The notes: generated by a model from the letters alone, not told the origin. A DNA stretch of 64,000 nt from an uncultured Chloroflexia bacterium (GCA_963774975.1 CAVZGY010000010.1:12815-76814), one strand, 5' to 3'. Positions 47,902 through 58,930 are shown, counted from the first letter of the stretch. Program-made: numbers and translations.

Positions 47902-48867
47902 CTAATTCTTCTTCGTCTGCTCCACCACAAACATCTCCAGTGCCGTTTCGATCGGCATGACCCCCGTCTTGACATCCTCATCCAACTCCAGAAGGCGGTG
48001 ATAAATCGCCTCAAGCGCCTCGAGGCTGAATCCGCGTGCCTGACCGAAGATTTTCTCGGCAACGAATGGAGCGATGCCCAACTCCTTGGCCACGGTCTGT
48101 GCGTTCCCCCGCGCGTCCATGATCTCGCGGGCTTGCAGCAGCAGGCGGAACTGGCGCACCACCATGCCTAAAAGCTGGAAAGGTTCTTCGCTTTCGAGCA
48201 ACTGATGGAGCGAGGCCAGCGCTTTTTTCCCATTGCCGGTCCCCAGCGCATCCACCATTTCGAACACGTTGCCCTGGGCAGTGACGATGCTCACGGCTTC
48301 CACGTCTGCCAGTTCGATGGCATGTTTGTAATCGACATACGTCAACAGCTTGGTGATTTCCTGGGAGGCCTGGCGCGTGTCTTCGCCGGTCATTTCAGCG
48401 AGGCGAGCTGCCGCCTGCCGGTCGATCTTCCCACCTTGAGCCTGAGCTTCTTTGACGATCCATTCGGGCATCTCGCGCAGTTTGGGCATGTTGTACGCCT
48501 GGGCATCGACATTTTGCCCGGCGTTTCTCGCCCATTTCACCAGCCAGTGAGTTTCTTTTAACTGCCCCACTTCAATGAGAATGAGATTTGCGCTTTCCGG
48601 CGCCTGTTTCAGGAATTCAAGGAATTTTTTCTGCTGGGATGCCTGTGTGTAACGCGCAGAAGGGCTGCTGAAAATAATTAATCGCTGTGCAGCAAGAAAA
48701 GGCATGGAATTGACAGCGTTGTTCAAGTCGTCCTCGGTCACGGTGCGCCCATCCAGCCGGGACGTGTTCATGGCGGCGGTGGTCGGGTCACCCATGCCTT
48801 TGTGAAACTCGTTCACGCGGCTGGTGATGGCGTATTCGTCTGTGCCGTAGAAAAGGTGGACTGGCAT
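47902..48867 (-). CDS. holA: DNA polymerase III delta subunit
   Basis: 321 aa. N-terminal LFYGTDEY and the overall HolA helical pattern. Confidence 0.8.
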   Translation of the reverse strand: MPVHLFYGTDEYAITSRVNEFHKGMGDPTTAAMNTSRLDGRTVTEDDLNNAVNSMPFLAAQRLIIFSSPSARYTQASQQKKFLEFLKQAPESANLILIEVGQLKETHWLVKWARNAGQNVDAQAYNMPKLREMPEWIVKEAQAQGGKIDRQAAARLAEMTGEDTRQASQEITKLLTYVDYKHAIELADVEAVSIVTAQGNVFEMVDALGTGNGKKALASLHQLLESEEPFQLLGMVVRQFRLLLQAREIMDARGNAQTVAKELGIAPFVAEKIFGQARGFSLEALEAIYHRLLELDEDVKTGVMPIETALEMFVVEQTKKN

Positions 48868-48877
48868 GGCTGGCTGT

Positions 48878-49375
48878 TTACTTTCGCGTCACGATGCGGT
48901 GCACGCCCCTGCGGACGCTGTACACATCCACGATGGCCAGGCTGCCGGGGTCGCCCGAGGTGGTAATGCGCTGCTGGATGACAGGCGCAAGCGGCTGGCT
49001 GACCATGAATCCAATCGCGGAAAGCAGGATCACAAGCGGCAACCGGTCGAGGCGCTGGCGACCGCTTTTTGCACCGGTCATGCCCAGCCAGGCGAGAGTC
49101 CCGGCCAGCGCACCGGCGACCACATAATTCGTCCCGCAGCCGGGATGCACCGCCAGCCTGGATTCCCCATTTCGCAGGCGCGCGAGCGCCTCCGTCGCTG
49201 CCTCGCGAACGGACTCGGTTGGCACATCACCCAGGATGAAGAATCCGCCCGGGTTGGAATGCCCCGCCAGGGCTTTGCCCGGGAAGTGCCCGGAGAGAAT
49301 GTGAATCGTGGCGTGTTCCAGTCCGTGGTTGCGACGGGTGGCTAGGATAACGGGAGAGTCCAGAAGGTTGGCCAT
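48878..49375 (-). CDS. conserved hypothetical membrane-associated protein
   Basis: 165 aa with RRNHGLEHATIH and HPGCGTN motifs. I cannot name the family with certainty. Confidence 0.55.
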   Translation of the reverse strand: MANLLDSPVILATRRNHGLEHATIHILSGHFPGKALAGHSNPGGFFILGDVPTESVREAATEALARLRNGESRLAVHPGCGTNYVVAGALAGTLAWLGMTGAKSGRQRLDRLPLVILLSAIGFMVSQPLAPVIQQRITTSGDPGSLAIVDVYSVRRGVHRIVTRK

Positions 49376-49539
49376 TTTTTATTGTCCGGTGAGCAGGCTG
49401 AGGGTGGATGGATGCGAGGTGATTATAGCAAAAAACGCAGGCAAGCACCGGACATCGGTCCATTTCGTCAATTATCTTCACGAGTCAATATTAGAAAAAA
49501 AGCTATCTGGAAATTTTAAGACGTGTGCCCACCAGTGGA

Positions 49540-49548
49540 TGCTATAAT
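49540..49548 (+). promoter_or_regulatory. extended -10 promoter (TGcTATAAT) upstream of dnaE
   Basis: The motif lies 38 nt upstream of the dnaE ATG. Confidence 0.45.
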
Positions 49549-49586
49549 CCAAGTAGCCCCCAGATAAAGCGATATCCAAACCGCCC

Positions 49587-52500
49587 ATGTCGTTTGTCCA
49601 CCTTCACGTTCACACGGTTTACTCGCTTCTCGACGGATTTTCAAACGTCAAGAAGCTGGTCAAACGCGCCAGGGAGATGGACATGCCGGCGCTGGCGATC
49701 ACCGACCACGGCACGATGTTTGGCGTGATCGAGTTCTTCAATGCCGCGACCGAAGCCGGCATCAAGCCCATCATCGGCATGGAGTCGTACATGGCGGCGC
49801 GCGGGATGAAGGACCGCGACTCAAAGCTCGATAAGAAATCCTCGCACCTGCTGCTGCTGGCCGAGAACGAGACGGGTTACCACAACCTGCTGCAGATCGC
49901 CTCCGCCGCGCAGTTGGAAGGCTTCTATTATTATCCCCGCGTCGACCACGAGTTCCTGGCGGCGCACTCCGAAGGCCTGATCTGCACCTCGGGCTGCATG
50001 TCGGCTGAGATTCCCCGCCTGCTGGTTGATGAGAATCCGCAGGAAGCCGTCCGCCGCATGGACTGGTACTACGATGTCTTCGGTCCCGACCGATTCTACG
50101 TGGAACTGCAGCAGCACAACATCCGCGAACTGGTGGACCTGAACAAGCGGCTGGTGGAGCTCGGCGCGCGCTACTCGGCGAAGTTCGTCGCCACCAACGA
50201 CGTGCATTACATCGAGCAGACGGATGCGCAAGTACCAGGACGTGCTGCTCGCCATCCAGACCGGGGCGCTGCTCAGCGACCCCAACCGCATGCGCTACGA
50301 GGACCCGTCCTATTACCTGCGCTCGCCGCAGGAGATGTCCACCCTGTTTGCGGAAATTCCCGAAGTCGCTTTCCAACACGGTGGCCATCGCCGAGCGCTG
50401 CAAAGTGGATCTGGGTTTCAAAGGTTACCACCTGCCCGAGTTCCCTGTGCCGGAGGAACACACCACCGGCACCTACCTGCGGACCCTGTGCGAGCAGGGC
50501 GCGCAGCGGCGCTTCGGCGATCGGGCATCCGCTCCCCACATCCGCGAGCGGCTGGACTACGAGCTCAAGATCATCCACGACATGGGCTTCGACGCCTACT
50601 TCCTGATCGTGTGGGACCTGTGCCGCTTCGCCCGCGAGCAGGGCATCTGGTACAACGCGCGCGGCTCGGCAGCCGGCTCCATCGTGGCCTACACCCTCGA
50701 GATCACGCTGGTGGATCCCATCCAGCACGGACTGCATCTTCGAACGATTCCTCAATCCCGGGCGCGTGTCCATGCCGGACATCGACCTCGACTTCCGCGA
50801 TGACCGCCGCGCCGAGATGCTGGCTTACACCGCCCGCAAGTACGGCGACGACAAGGTGGCGCAGATCATCACCTTCGGCACCATGGCGGCGCGCGGAGCG
50901 CTGCGCGACGTGGCCCGCGTGATGGACATCCCCATCCCCGAAGTGGACCGCGTGGCCAAGCTCGTGCCGAACATCCCCGGCAAGCCGATGAACCTGAGCG
51001 ACGCGCTCAAGGAAGTCCCCGACCTGCAGGCGGCCTACAACTCCAACGAGACCATGCGCGAACTGATCGACACCGCCATCCACATGGAGGGGACGGTGCG
51101 CAATGCCGGCACCCATGCGGCAGGCGTGGTCATCGGCGATAAGCCGCTGCTCGACTACCTTCCGCTGCACCGCCCCACCTCGGGCTCGGAGGAAACCCCC
51201 ATCAAGACGGTCACCCAGTTCGAGATGGGCATCCTCGACAGCCTGGGCATGCTCAAGGTGGATTTCCTCGGCCTGTCCACGCTGACCGTCATGGCGCGCG
51301 CCTGTGACATGATCAAAGCCCGTCACGGCAAGGAATTCACGCTCGACAACATCCCCGTGGATGACCCGGAGAGTTTCAAACTCTATGGGCGCGGACAGAC
51401 CGCAGGCGTCTTCCAGGTGGAAGGCACGGGTATGACCCGCTACCTGATGGAGATGAAACCGCAGACACAGGACAACATCATCGCCATGGTGGCGCTTTAC
51501 CGCCCCGGCCCGCTGGAGTTCATCCCCGAGCTACATCAAGCGCATGCACGGCCAGGAGAAGGTCGAGTACCGCCACCCGTCCATGGAGCCCATCTTCAAG
51601 GATACCTACGGCATCCCGATCTACCAGGAACAGATCATGCGGGCGGCGGTCGAACTGGCCGGCTACACTCCCTCCGAATCGGACGACCTGCGCAAGGCCA
51701 TCGCCAAGAAACAGCCTGAGAAGATCGTCAAACACAAGCAGAAATTCATCAAAGGGGCATCCAAAACGATGCCCAAAGAAACCGCCGAGTTGATCTTCAC
51801 CGATTGGGAGGAGTTCGCCCGATACGGCTTCAACAAGAGCCATGCCGCCGATTACGGCGTCATCTCGGTGCAGACCGCCTACCTGAAGACTCATTACCCG
51901 GCCGAGTACATGACCGCCCTCATGTCGGTCTTCAAGAACGACACCGACCGCATCGCCCTGTACGTGGCCGATACACGCTCGCTGGGCATCGAAGTCCTGC
52001 CGCCGGATGTGAATGCCTCCTGTTACGATTTCACCATCGAGGACATCCAATCGGAAAAGGGAACGAGGCCGGCTGTCCGGTACGGCTTAGGCGCGGTGAA
52101 GAACGTCGGCGAAGGACCGGTGCAACTGATCTTCGATGCACGCAAGGGCGGCTCCTTCACCGACCTGAACGATTTCGCCCGCCGGGTGGACCTGCGCGCG
52201 GCAGGCAAGCGCGCCATCGAGAGTCTCATCAAGGTGGGGGCGCTTGACAGCCTAGGTCCGCGCCCCGCCATGCTGGCCTCGGTTGACCGCATCCTGGCGG
52301 CCAGCGCCAGCCACTTCCGCGCGGCGGAGGCCGGGCAAATGTCCCTGTTCGGGGCTGCGACGGGAGTCCAGGCGGAGACCATCACCCTGCCCGAGAACAT
52401 CAAGGTCGACCGCAAGGAAATGCTCAACTGGGAGCGCGAGCTGATCGGCCTGTATCTGTCCGACCACCCGCTGTCCGGTCACACCGAACTGTTGACCAAT

Positions 52501-53631
52501 GCCGTCAGCCACAACTCCATTACCCTCAACGATGCCGCTCACGAAGAACGGGTGCGGGTGGCGGGCATGGTGGCGGCGGTACGGCCGTACAAGACCAAGA
52601 CCGACAAGATGATGGGCTTTGTGACCATCGAGGATATGCAAGGCACCGTTGAACTGGTCATCTTCCCGAGGACCTGGGACAAGACACGGAACCTGTGCGA
52701 ACAGGGCAAGGTGATTGTGATCGACGGCAAGGTGGATTCGTCCAGCCAGCCGCCGAAGATTCTGGTGGACGAGATCAAGACGGAAGTAACTTTCTACGCG
52801 TCTTCTCCGGCGCCGCTTCAAAGCAAAAAGGATAAGCCTGCTCCCGTTATAAAAAGATCAGCGGCTCCTCCTCAGCAACCTGCCGCGCAGCCCGCGCCCC
52901 GCCCGGCCGCGAACACTCCGGCCAATGACTTCATCCCCGATCCTGACGACGAGCTGGACGGAGCTCCGCCGCCCCCGGAATTCCCTCCCGACTGGGAGAA
53001 TTACGTCGCCCCCAACCGGCAGTATGGATTCGGAGTCCCGGCCACGCCCGATGCGGCTTTCTTCCCTGCGCAGCCTGCGGAGAAAATCGAGGAAGAGCCT
53101 AAGGCAAGCGCGACAACACCAGCAAACGATTCTCAACAGGTTGAGTTTGTCCCAGAAATCCCGGCAGCCGTAGAATCCCTGCCTGAACCCGTGGTAGCAG
53201 CCTCGCGTGAGCCTGTGGCTGAAATAGCGGACCCACCCTCAGCACGCACGGACCTGATCCCGGATGCCGGCCTGACACTCAGCGCGGTCATCGAATCGCT
53301 GGAGTTGGAGCGCCCGACCCCGCTTCCCGTCCTGCCGCCGCAAGTCATTTCAGCTCCGGAGGTTGGCAACACACCCCCGCAGTTGATCTCCATCCTGATG
53401 CGCCCCAGCGGCAACCCGGAACGCGACCGGCGCCGCATCAAACATATTTACGGCATCCTCATCTCCTACCCCGGCCTGGACCGCTTCTCCTTCCGCATCT
53501 TCGAGGACGGGAAGGGTTACCTGTTGGACTTCCCCAACGACACCACGCGCGTTTGCCCGGACATGCTCGAGCGGTTGAAGAGGCTGATCGGCGAAGACAG
53601 TTGGCGGGTGGAACCGCTGGTGTACCAGTAG
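49587..53631 (+). CDS. dnaE: DNA polymerase III alpha subunit with a long Pro/Ala-rich C-terminal extension; four apparent frame breaks (about 50215-50225, 50362-50366, 50730-50735, 51525-51532)
   Basis: PHP motif [23 protein letters not shown] and FNKSHAADY. Five track ORFs join collinearly, for example ..[22 protein letters not shown].. after removing one base. Confidence 0.9.
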
Positions 53632-53649
53632 AACTCATTTCTTGAATTT

Positions 53650-53700
53650 AAAGAATCAGGGTGGTGAGCAGTATTGCTGCTCACCACCCTGATTCTTTTT
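53650..53700. terminator. strong intrinsic terminator after dnaE
   Basis: 22-bp perfect stem AAAGAATCAGGGTGGTGAGCAG / CTGCTCACCACCCTGATTCTTT followed by T residues. Confidence 0.85.
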
Positions 53701-53741
53701 CATCCCCCGATTACGGGGGAGGGCAAGGTAGGGGCAAATAC

Positions 53742-54593
53742 TTACAACGTCATCCTGACCGTATTGCACCTCGCGCAGTTGGGATCGAAGCACAACAGCG
53801 CCTTGGGGTCCTGGTTAATTTTGCTGATGACCGCATGGAACAATGCCGCCAGCGGGACAGCCTGGATGGCTGAACTGCCGGCTGTGACCCTCTTCGTGAA
53901 GGGTTGGATATCCTTTGCGATGGCTTGAAACCCTGCCGAGCATCCCGGGAAGCCCGGGCATTCAATCACACGCTCGTTGACCGAGGTCGAGGCGAAGTTG
54001 TGACCGGCCAGCTTTAGAGGCGCCGGACGGGTCAGCATGTCCCTCACCAGCGCCCAGCGGATGAACTGCCGGCGTCCGGCAAGTTTTTCAGCGGCATGCA
54101 TGCTCGTGTTGACGGTGTGGTCCACGCCGGCCAGTACCACCCAGCCGTTTTCTTCTGCCAAGGCCTGGATCGGCGCAAGCGGCTCTTTGAGGGTTTGCGT
54201 GGCAAGCATGGCATCCGCGTTGAACCCGGCGAAAGAGAGAATCGGGTGGCTGGAGCGTTTCGCACCGGCACGCTGGCGCAAAGCTTCGGGGATGGCACCC
54301 ATCAACACGTCGGCCGGCATGTGGGGAGTGAAGAATTCAGGCTCAGCGTTGAAAGGGTCCGGCTTGCCATAGTCCATCGCGTTGTTATCGGGTCCGGCCT
54401 GCGGGACGAGCATCGTCTTGTAGGTATGGGTCGGCATGACCACCCCGCCGAAGGAATCGACGAAGGCTTGCACAACCATGGGCGCCCCGCCCTCGACCTC
54501 GCCGAACGACTTGAGCGAGGCGTGCGCGATGACCGGCGCGTCTTTCAAGCCGAGACTGTCCAGGGCGGTTTTGAGCTCAGTGTAAGTGGTCAT
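53742..54593 (-). CDS. AAC(3)-family N-acetyltransferase
   Basis: VIAHASLKSFG...MPTHTY pattern; 283 aa. Confidence 0.75.
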   Translation of the reverse strand: MTTYTELKTALDSLGLKDAPVIAHASLKSFGEVEGGAPMVVQAFVDSFGGVVMPTHTYKTMLVPQAGPDNNAMDYGKPDPFNAEPEFFTPHMPADVLMGAIPEALRQRAGAKRSSHPILSFAGFNADAMLATQTLKEPLAPIQALAEENGWVVLAGVDHTVNTSMHAAEKLAGRRQFIRWALVRDMLTRPAPLKLAGHNFASTSVNERVIECPGFPGCSAGFQAIAKDIQPFTKRVTAGSSAIQAVPLAALFHAVISKINQDPKALLCFDPNCARCNTVRMTL

Positions 54594-54611
54594 GTCCAGC
54601 CGATGCGCGGA

Positions 54612-55385
54612 TTACTTTCCCTTCCACTCGGGTTTTCGTTTTTCAAGGAAGGCTTTCATGCCTTCCTTCTGGTCTTCGGTGGCAAATAATAAATAGAAGA
54701 GACGCCGTTCATCGGCAAGTCCTTCGGCTAATGTCGATTCAAAGGCGGCATTGACCGCCTGCTTGGCGTGACGCACAGCGACCGGGGCGCGCGCGGCGAC
54801 TTCCGCAGCCAGGGCGAGGGCTTCGTCCAGATAGCGTTCCACCGGCACGACGCGGTTGACCAGCCCGAACTGCTGGGCTTCGGCTGCAGACAACATTCGG
54901 TTGTTGAGGATGACTTCCATTGCCAACGCCTTGCCGAGGGCATGCGTCAGCCGCTGGGTGCCGCCCGCGCCGGGGATCACGCCGAGCGTCACCTCGGGCA
55001 GGCCGAACTTTGCCGTCTCGGAGGCGACGATCATGTCGCAGGAAAGCGCCAGCTCGCAGCCGCCGCCCAGCGCGAAGCCCGAGACAGCCGCGATGACCGG
55101 TTTGTTGATCTTGCGAAGGCTGTCGAACAGCTCGACGAACCCCTTGGCCATCATCTCCATCACGGAGGCGTCGGCCATCTCCTTGATGTCGGCGCCGGCG
55201 GCGAAGGTTTTCTCGCTGCCGGTGATGACCATCGCGCCGATCGCAGTATCAGCGTCAAACGCTGCCAGGGCTTCGATTAATTCAGTGAGCAGCACCGCAT
55301 TGAGGGCATTGAGCGCCTGGGGGCGGTTGAGGGTGATCAAGCCGACCCGCCCGCGGGTTTCAGTCAAAATGGATGTGTTTGCCAT
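54612..55385 (-). CDS. enoyl-CoA hydratase (crotonase family)
   Basis: ITLNRPQALNAL, FAAGADIKEM and GFALGGGCELAL motifs. Confidence 0.9.
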   Translation of the reverse strand: MANTSILTETRGRVGLITLNRPQALNALNAVLLTELIEALAAFDADTAIGAMVITGSEKTFAAGADIKEMADASVMEMMAKGFVELFDSLRKINKPVIAAVSGFALGGGCELALSCDMIVASETAKFGLPEVTLGVIPGAGGTQRLTHALGKALAMEVILNNRMLSAAEAQQFGLVNRVVPVERYLDEALALAAEVAARAPVAVRHAKQAVNAAFESTLAEGLADERRLFYLLFATEDQKEGMKAFLEKRKPEWKGK

Positions 55386-55528
55386 ATCACCTCCGCCTGT
55401 CTCATTTGATTATACGTGAAAATGGCAGGCGTTCATCCATGGAAGTGAGCGGGCGACTTTCACACCACCTCCGGGATGTATAATAGCCACATCGCTGGTA
55501 TCGTTTCGCACTCACCCTGGAGGTCATC

Positions 55529-55942
55529 ATGACATTTGCCCTTACCCTTCATTCCATTCTTCGCTGGGCGACCATCATCGTCGCGGTGGCTGCCCTGATC
55601 AAATTTGGCATCGGCTGGTTCGGGAAAAAGCCCTACGATGAACCCGCCAATCGACTGAGGATGGCATATACCTCATTGATGGATGTGCAGCTTCTTCTCG
55701 GCGGCTTCTATCTGATCCTGGGAGGCATGCAGGGATTCTGGCCTGCTTACCGCCTCGAGCATCTGGGGATCATGCTCGTGGCGGTCGTGCTGGCGCATCT
55801 CACCAGCCTGGGCAAGGACAAGGGCGATGCCGTCCGCTACCGCAACGGCTTTCTATTTCTTCTCGCATCGCTCATTGTGGTGGTCGTCGGCGTTTCCCTC
55901 CTGCCCGGCAGCCGGTGGTTGACCATAACCGGGTTGTTTTAA
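55529..55942 (+). CDS. small membrane protein, unknown function
   Basis: 137 aa with four hydrophobic helices. Confidence 0.55.
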   Translation: MTFALTLHSILRWATIIVAVAALIKFGIGWFGKKPYDEPANRLRMAYTSLMDVQLLLGGFYLILGGMQGFWPAYRLEHLGIMLVAVVLAHLTSLGKDKGDAVRYRNGFLFLLASLIVVVVGVSLLPGSRWLTITGLF

Positions 55943-56188
55943 GCGTCAGTTCTGCAAGCAAATACGCCTAGGGAGACGAATCGCCATCCCTGCGCGTATT
56001 TGCTTGTAGAAAAATCTTGAACGTGGTCTCTCTGGGCGTTTGTAAAGTGGGGTACGATTAATCACGAACGAAGTGGGAGTTTACAAATCGTCTAACCAGG
56101 GAGAAAGCATGACGATCCGTAACGCCCCTCCCCGGCACCGGGAGGTGTTTCCAATCATGTCTGCAAGCCTGTCCCTCAGGGTGTTTCG

Positions 56189-58012
56189 ATGCTGAGCCGC
56201 CTGCGGGCTTTTTTTGCGCCACCGGTATTCCCGCAGGACGAGGATAAGACCCGCCAGGCTGCGGAGGATAAATCCCGTCAGATGGAACAAATGCGCGCCT
56301 TGTTCAGCATTGAACAGGCAGTCCTGAGCAGCATGGACCTGCACCAGATCCTGTATCTGCTCGTTCGCGAAGTGGTCAAGCAGCTGCATGTGGATGCGGT
56401 CTCCGTGCTGCTGGTCAACCCCAAGACACAGAGGCTTGAATTTGCCGCCGGGGAGGGTTTCCGCACACAGGCCTTGAGGTTTACCCGCCTCGAAATCGGC
56501 AGCGGGCTTGCCGGGCAGGCTGCCCAGCAACTCAAGACCTTGTATATCGAAGATTTGACCACACTTGACAACCCTGTTCTGACAAAATCCATTGCAGGGG
56601 AGGAATTCGTTACCTATTATGGAGTCCCCCTGTTCGGCAAGGACCAACTGCAGGGTGTATTGGAAATATTCCATCGCTCCCCTCTGGCGCCTGACCCTGA
56701 ATGGTTGGCCGTCCTGGATACCCTGGCCGCCCAGGCAGCCATCTCGATACATAACGCCAGCCTGCTGGAGGATATGCAGCAGAGCCTAAAAGAAACCAAC
56801 GCCCTTTACCGCATCAACCAAAGCCTGGCGAGTTCACTGGATCCCGACCAGTTGATGCAGGATGTGGTGGACCTTTTGTACAGGGATTTTGGTTATTACC
56901 ATGTTCAGATTTTTCTGATGGACTCCGCCAGCAATATCCTGGCGGCCGGTCATGGGAGTGGAGAACGGGGCAAGCTCTTACAGAAGGACGGCTTCAGCCT
57001 GCCGGTGGGCACTGGCATTGTCGGCCATGTGGCGGAGATTGGCGAGCCATTCACGACCAACGCCGTTGACCAGGTCCTTTTCTACGTCAGCAATCCGCTT
57101 CTGCCGGACACCCAATCGGAGATGGCAATTCCCATCAAAATTGAGGGACAGGTGCTGGGTGTATTGGACATTCAGCAGACTTCCATCAGCGCCCTGACTG
57201 ACCGGCAGATGTACCTGATGGAGGCGGTCGCAGACCAGTTGGCTGTGTCCTTGCAGAAAGCCAGCTTGTATGCCAAGCTGCAGAATTCACTTCAGCAAGA
57301 GAAAGCCATGCGCAGTCAGCTGATTCAGAACGAACGGTTGGTGGTGGTCGGCCGCCTGCTGGCTTCCGTCTCCCACGAACTGAATAACCCGATTCAGGCC
57401 ATTCAGAATGCCTTGTTCTTAATCAAAGAGGAGGAAACATTCAGCGAGCAAGGCCGGCAGGACCTGGAAATTGTCATCTCGGAAACTGAACGAATGGCCG
57501 CCCTGATCGACCGCCTGCGCACCGCCTACCGCCCAACCCGCTCGGAAGATTACCAGGATGTCCAGATTAATGACCTGGTTGAATATGTGCACGCCCTGAC
57601 CGCCACCCACATGCGCCATAACGGCATCCGATTCGAATTCAAGCCTGACCCCGACCTGCCGCTTATTTCCGGAAACCCCGAACAACTTCGCCAGGTCATT
57701 CTGAACCTGTTCATGAATGCCATCGAAGCGATGCGCGAAGGTGGGCAATTGACTGTTCGGAGTGAACATCTTCATCAGCAGGGAAAAACCCTGCTTACTT
57801 TCACCGACACAGGCGCAGGGATCGATCCGCAACTTCTTCCGCACATCTTCGAACCGTTCATCACCAGCAAGGACATGGGCACCGGGCTCGGTCTGACCAT
57901 TACCTATGACATCATCCAGCAGCACAGTGGCGAGATCCAGGCTGCGAACGACCCCCAGGGAGGGGCATTCTTCAAGATCTGGCTTCCGGTGAAGGATAAG
58001 GGGCTACCATGA
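56189..58012 (+). CDS. cytoplasmic sensor histidine kinase, GAF-GAF-HisKA-HATPase
   Basis: Two GAF domains, H-box SVSHELNNP, N-box NLFMNAIEA and G-box DTGAGI..GTGLGL. Confidence 0.9.
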   Translation: MLSRLRAFFAPPVFPQDEDKTRQAAEDKSRQMEQMRALFSIEQAVLSSMDLHQILYLLVREVVKQLHVDAVSVLLVNPKTQRLEFAAGEGFRTQALRFTRLEIGSGLAGQAAQQLKTLYIEDLTTLDNPVLTKSIAGEEFVTYYGVPLFGKDQLQGVLEIFHRSPLAPDPEWLAVLDTLAAQAAISIHNASLLEDMQQSLKETNALYRINQSLASSLDPDQLMQDVVDLLYRDFGYYHVQIFLMDSASNILAAGHGSGERGKLLQKDGFSLPVGTGIVGHVAEIGEPFTTNAVDQVLFYVSNPLLPDTQSEMAIPIKIEGQVLGVLDIQQTSISALTDRQMYLMEAVADQLAVSLQKASLYAKLQNSLQQEKAMRSQLIQNERLVVVGRLLASVSHELNNPIQAIQNALFLIKEEETFSEQGRQDLEIVISETERMAALIDRLRTAYRPTRSEDYQDVQINDLVEYVHALTATHMRHNGIRFEFKPDPDLPLISGNPEQLRQVILNLFMNAIEAMREGGQLTVRSEHLHQQGKTLLTFTDTGAGIDPQLLPHIFEPFITSKDMGTGLGLTITYDIIQQHSGEIQAANDPQGGAFFKIWLPVKDKGLP

Positions 58013-58809
58013 CTCTCAACGGCCACATTCTGATCATCGACGACGAGGCTGCTTTACGCCAAACCCTCACGCGCATCCTGCAGCGAGCCGGGCTTCATGT
58101 CACCAGCGCAGCCAGCGGACAAGAGGGGCTTGACTACGTGACGAAGCTGCCCTTTGACCTGGTCTACCTGGACATCCGCATGCCGGATATGAACGGGATG
58201 GAGGTGCTCAAGATCATGCATGCCGCTTTTCCGGAGCTGCCTGTGGTGCTCTTCACAGCCCAACCTGACCTGTCCTCCGCGCTGGAAGCGCTGCGTCGGG
58301 GAGCCACCGATTACCTTTTGAAGCCGCTTCAGCCGGATGACATCGTCGAACGCACCCGCGCCATCCTTACCCGGCGCCAGACAGAGCAGCGCAAGCAGGA
58401 GATCCAGGAACAGATCGAGAGTCTGCAGGCTGAATTGCGCAGGCTGACGACAGATGTGAGCCAACCAACTCAACCCGTTACCCCATCAGCGGCGGGTGAA
58501 CGCTACCTGAAACGCGGCAAGCTGGCCCTCGATTTGCACACCCGCCGGCTGACGATCAACGGGCGCGAGGCTGACCTGCCTCCCACCGCTTTCGACTACC
58601 TGCTGGTGCTGGCCCGCCATGCCCCGAACGTGGTCGATTACCAAACGCTGGTGGCTGAAGCCCAGGGTTACCAGGCTGACCTGCACGAGGCGCAGGAAGT
58701 GGTCAAGTGGCACGTCCATCATATTCGCCAGGCCATCGAGCCGAATGTACGCAAGCCCATCCTGCTGATCAATGTCCGGGGCAGCGGATACCGCCTGGTG
58801 ATTGACTGA
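58009..58809 (+). CDS. response regulator, REC + long linker + OmpR-type winged helix
   Basis: ILIIDDE...DLVYLDIRMPDMNG and C-terminal VRGSGYRLV. The ATGA overlaps the kinase stop. Confidence 0.85.
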   Translation: MTLNGHILIIDDEAALRQTLTRILQRAGLHVTSAASGQEGLDYVTKLPFDLVYLDIRMPDMNGMEVLKIMHAAFPELPVVLFTAQPDLSSALEALRRGATDYLLKPLQPDDIVERTRAILTRRQTEQRKQEIQEQIESLQAELRRLTTDVSQPTQPVTPSAAGERYLKRGKLALDLHTRRLTINGREADLPPTAFDYLLVLARHAPNVVDYQTLVAEAQGYQADLHEAQEVVKWHVHHIRQAIEPNVRKPILLINVRGSGYRLVID

Positions 58810-58930
58810 ACTTTACCCTGTTCCGAATTTGACATCCGCCTCCTGTTTCCCGGGAGGCGGATTTTTTGCCAACTTTTACCAACCAAGGCCTCCACAAGCC
58901 AATCGTTCCGCAGGCGGGTGCCGGTGGATA

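Noticed and set aside
49587-53631. Programmed ribosomal frameshifting as an explanation for the dnaE and leuS frame changes
   Set aside because: The breaks go in both directions, lack slippery heptamers or downstream structures, and occur in many unrelated genes. Assembly indels are far more parsimonious.
53661-53928. Two small plus-strand ORFs after dnaE
   Set aside because: They start inside the 22-bp terminator hairpin and then run antisense to the AAC(3)-family gene. They have no RBS or motifs.
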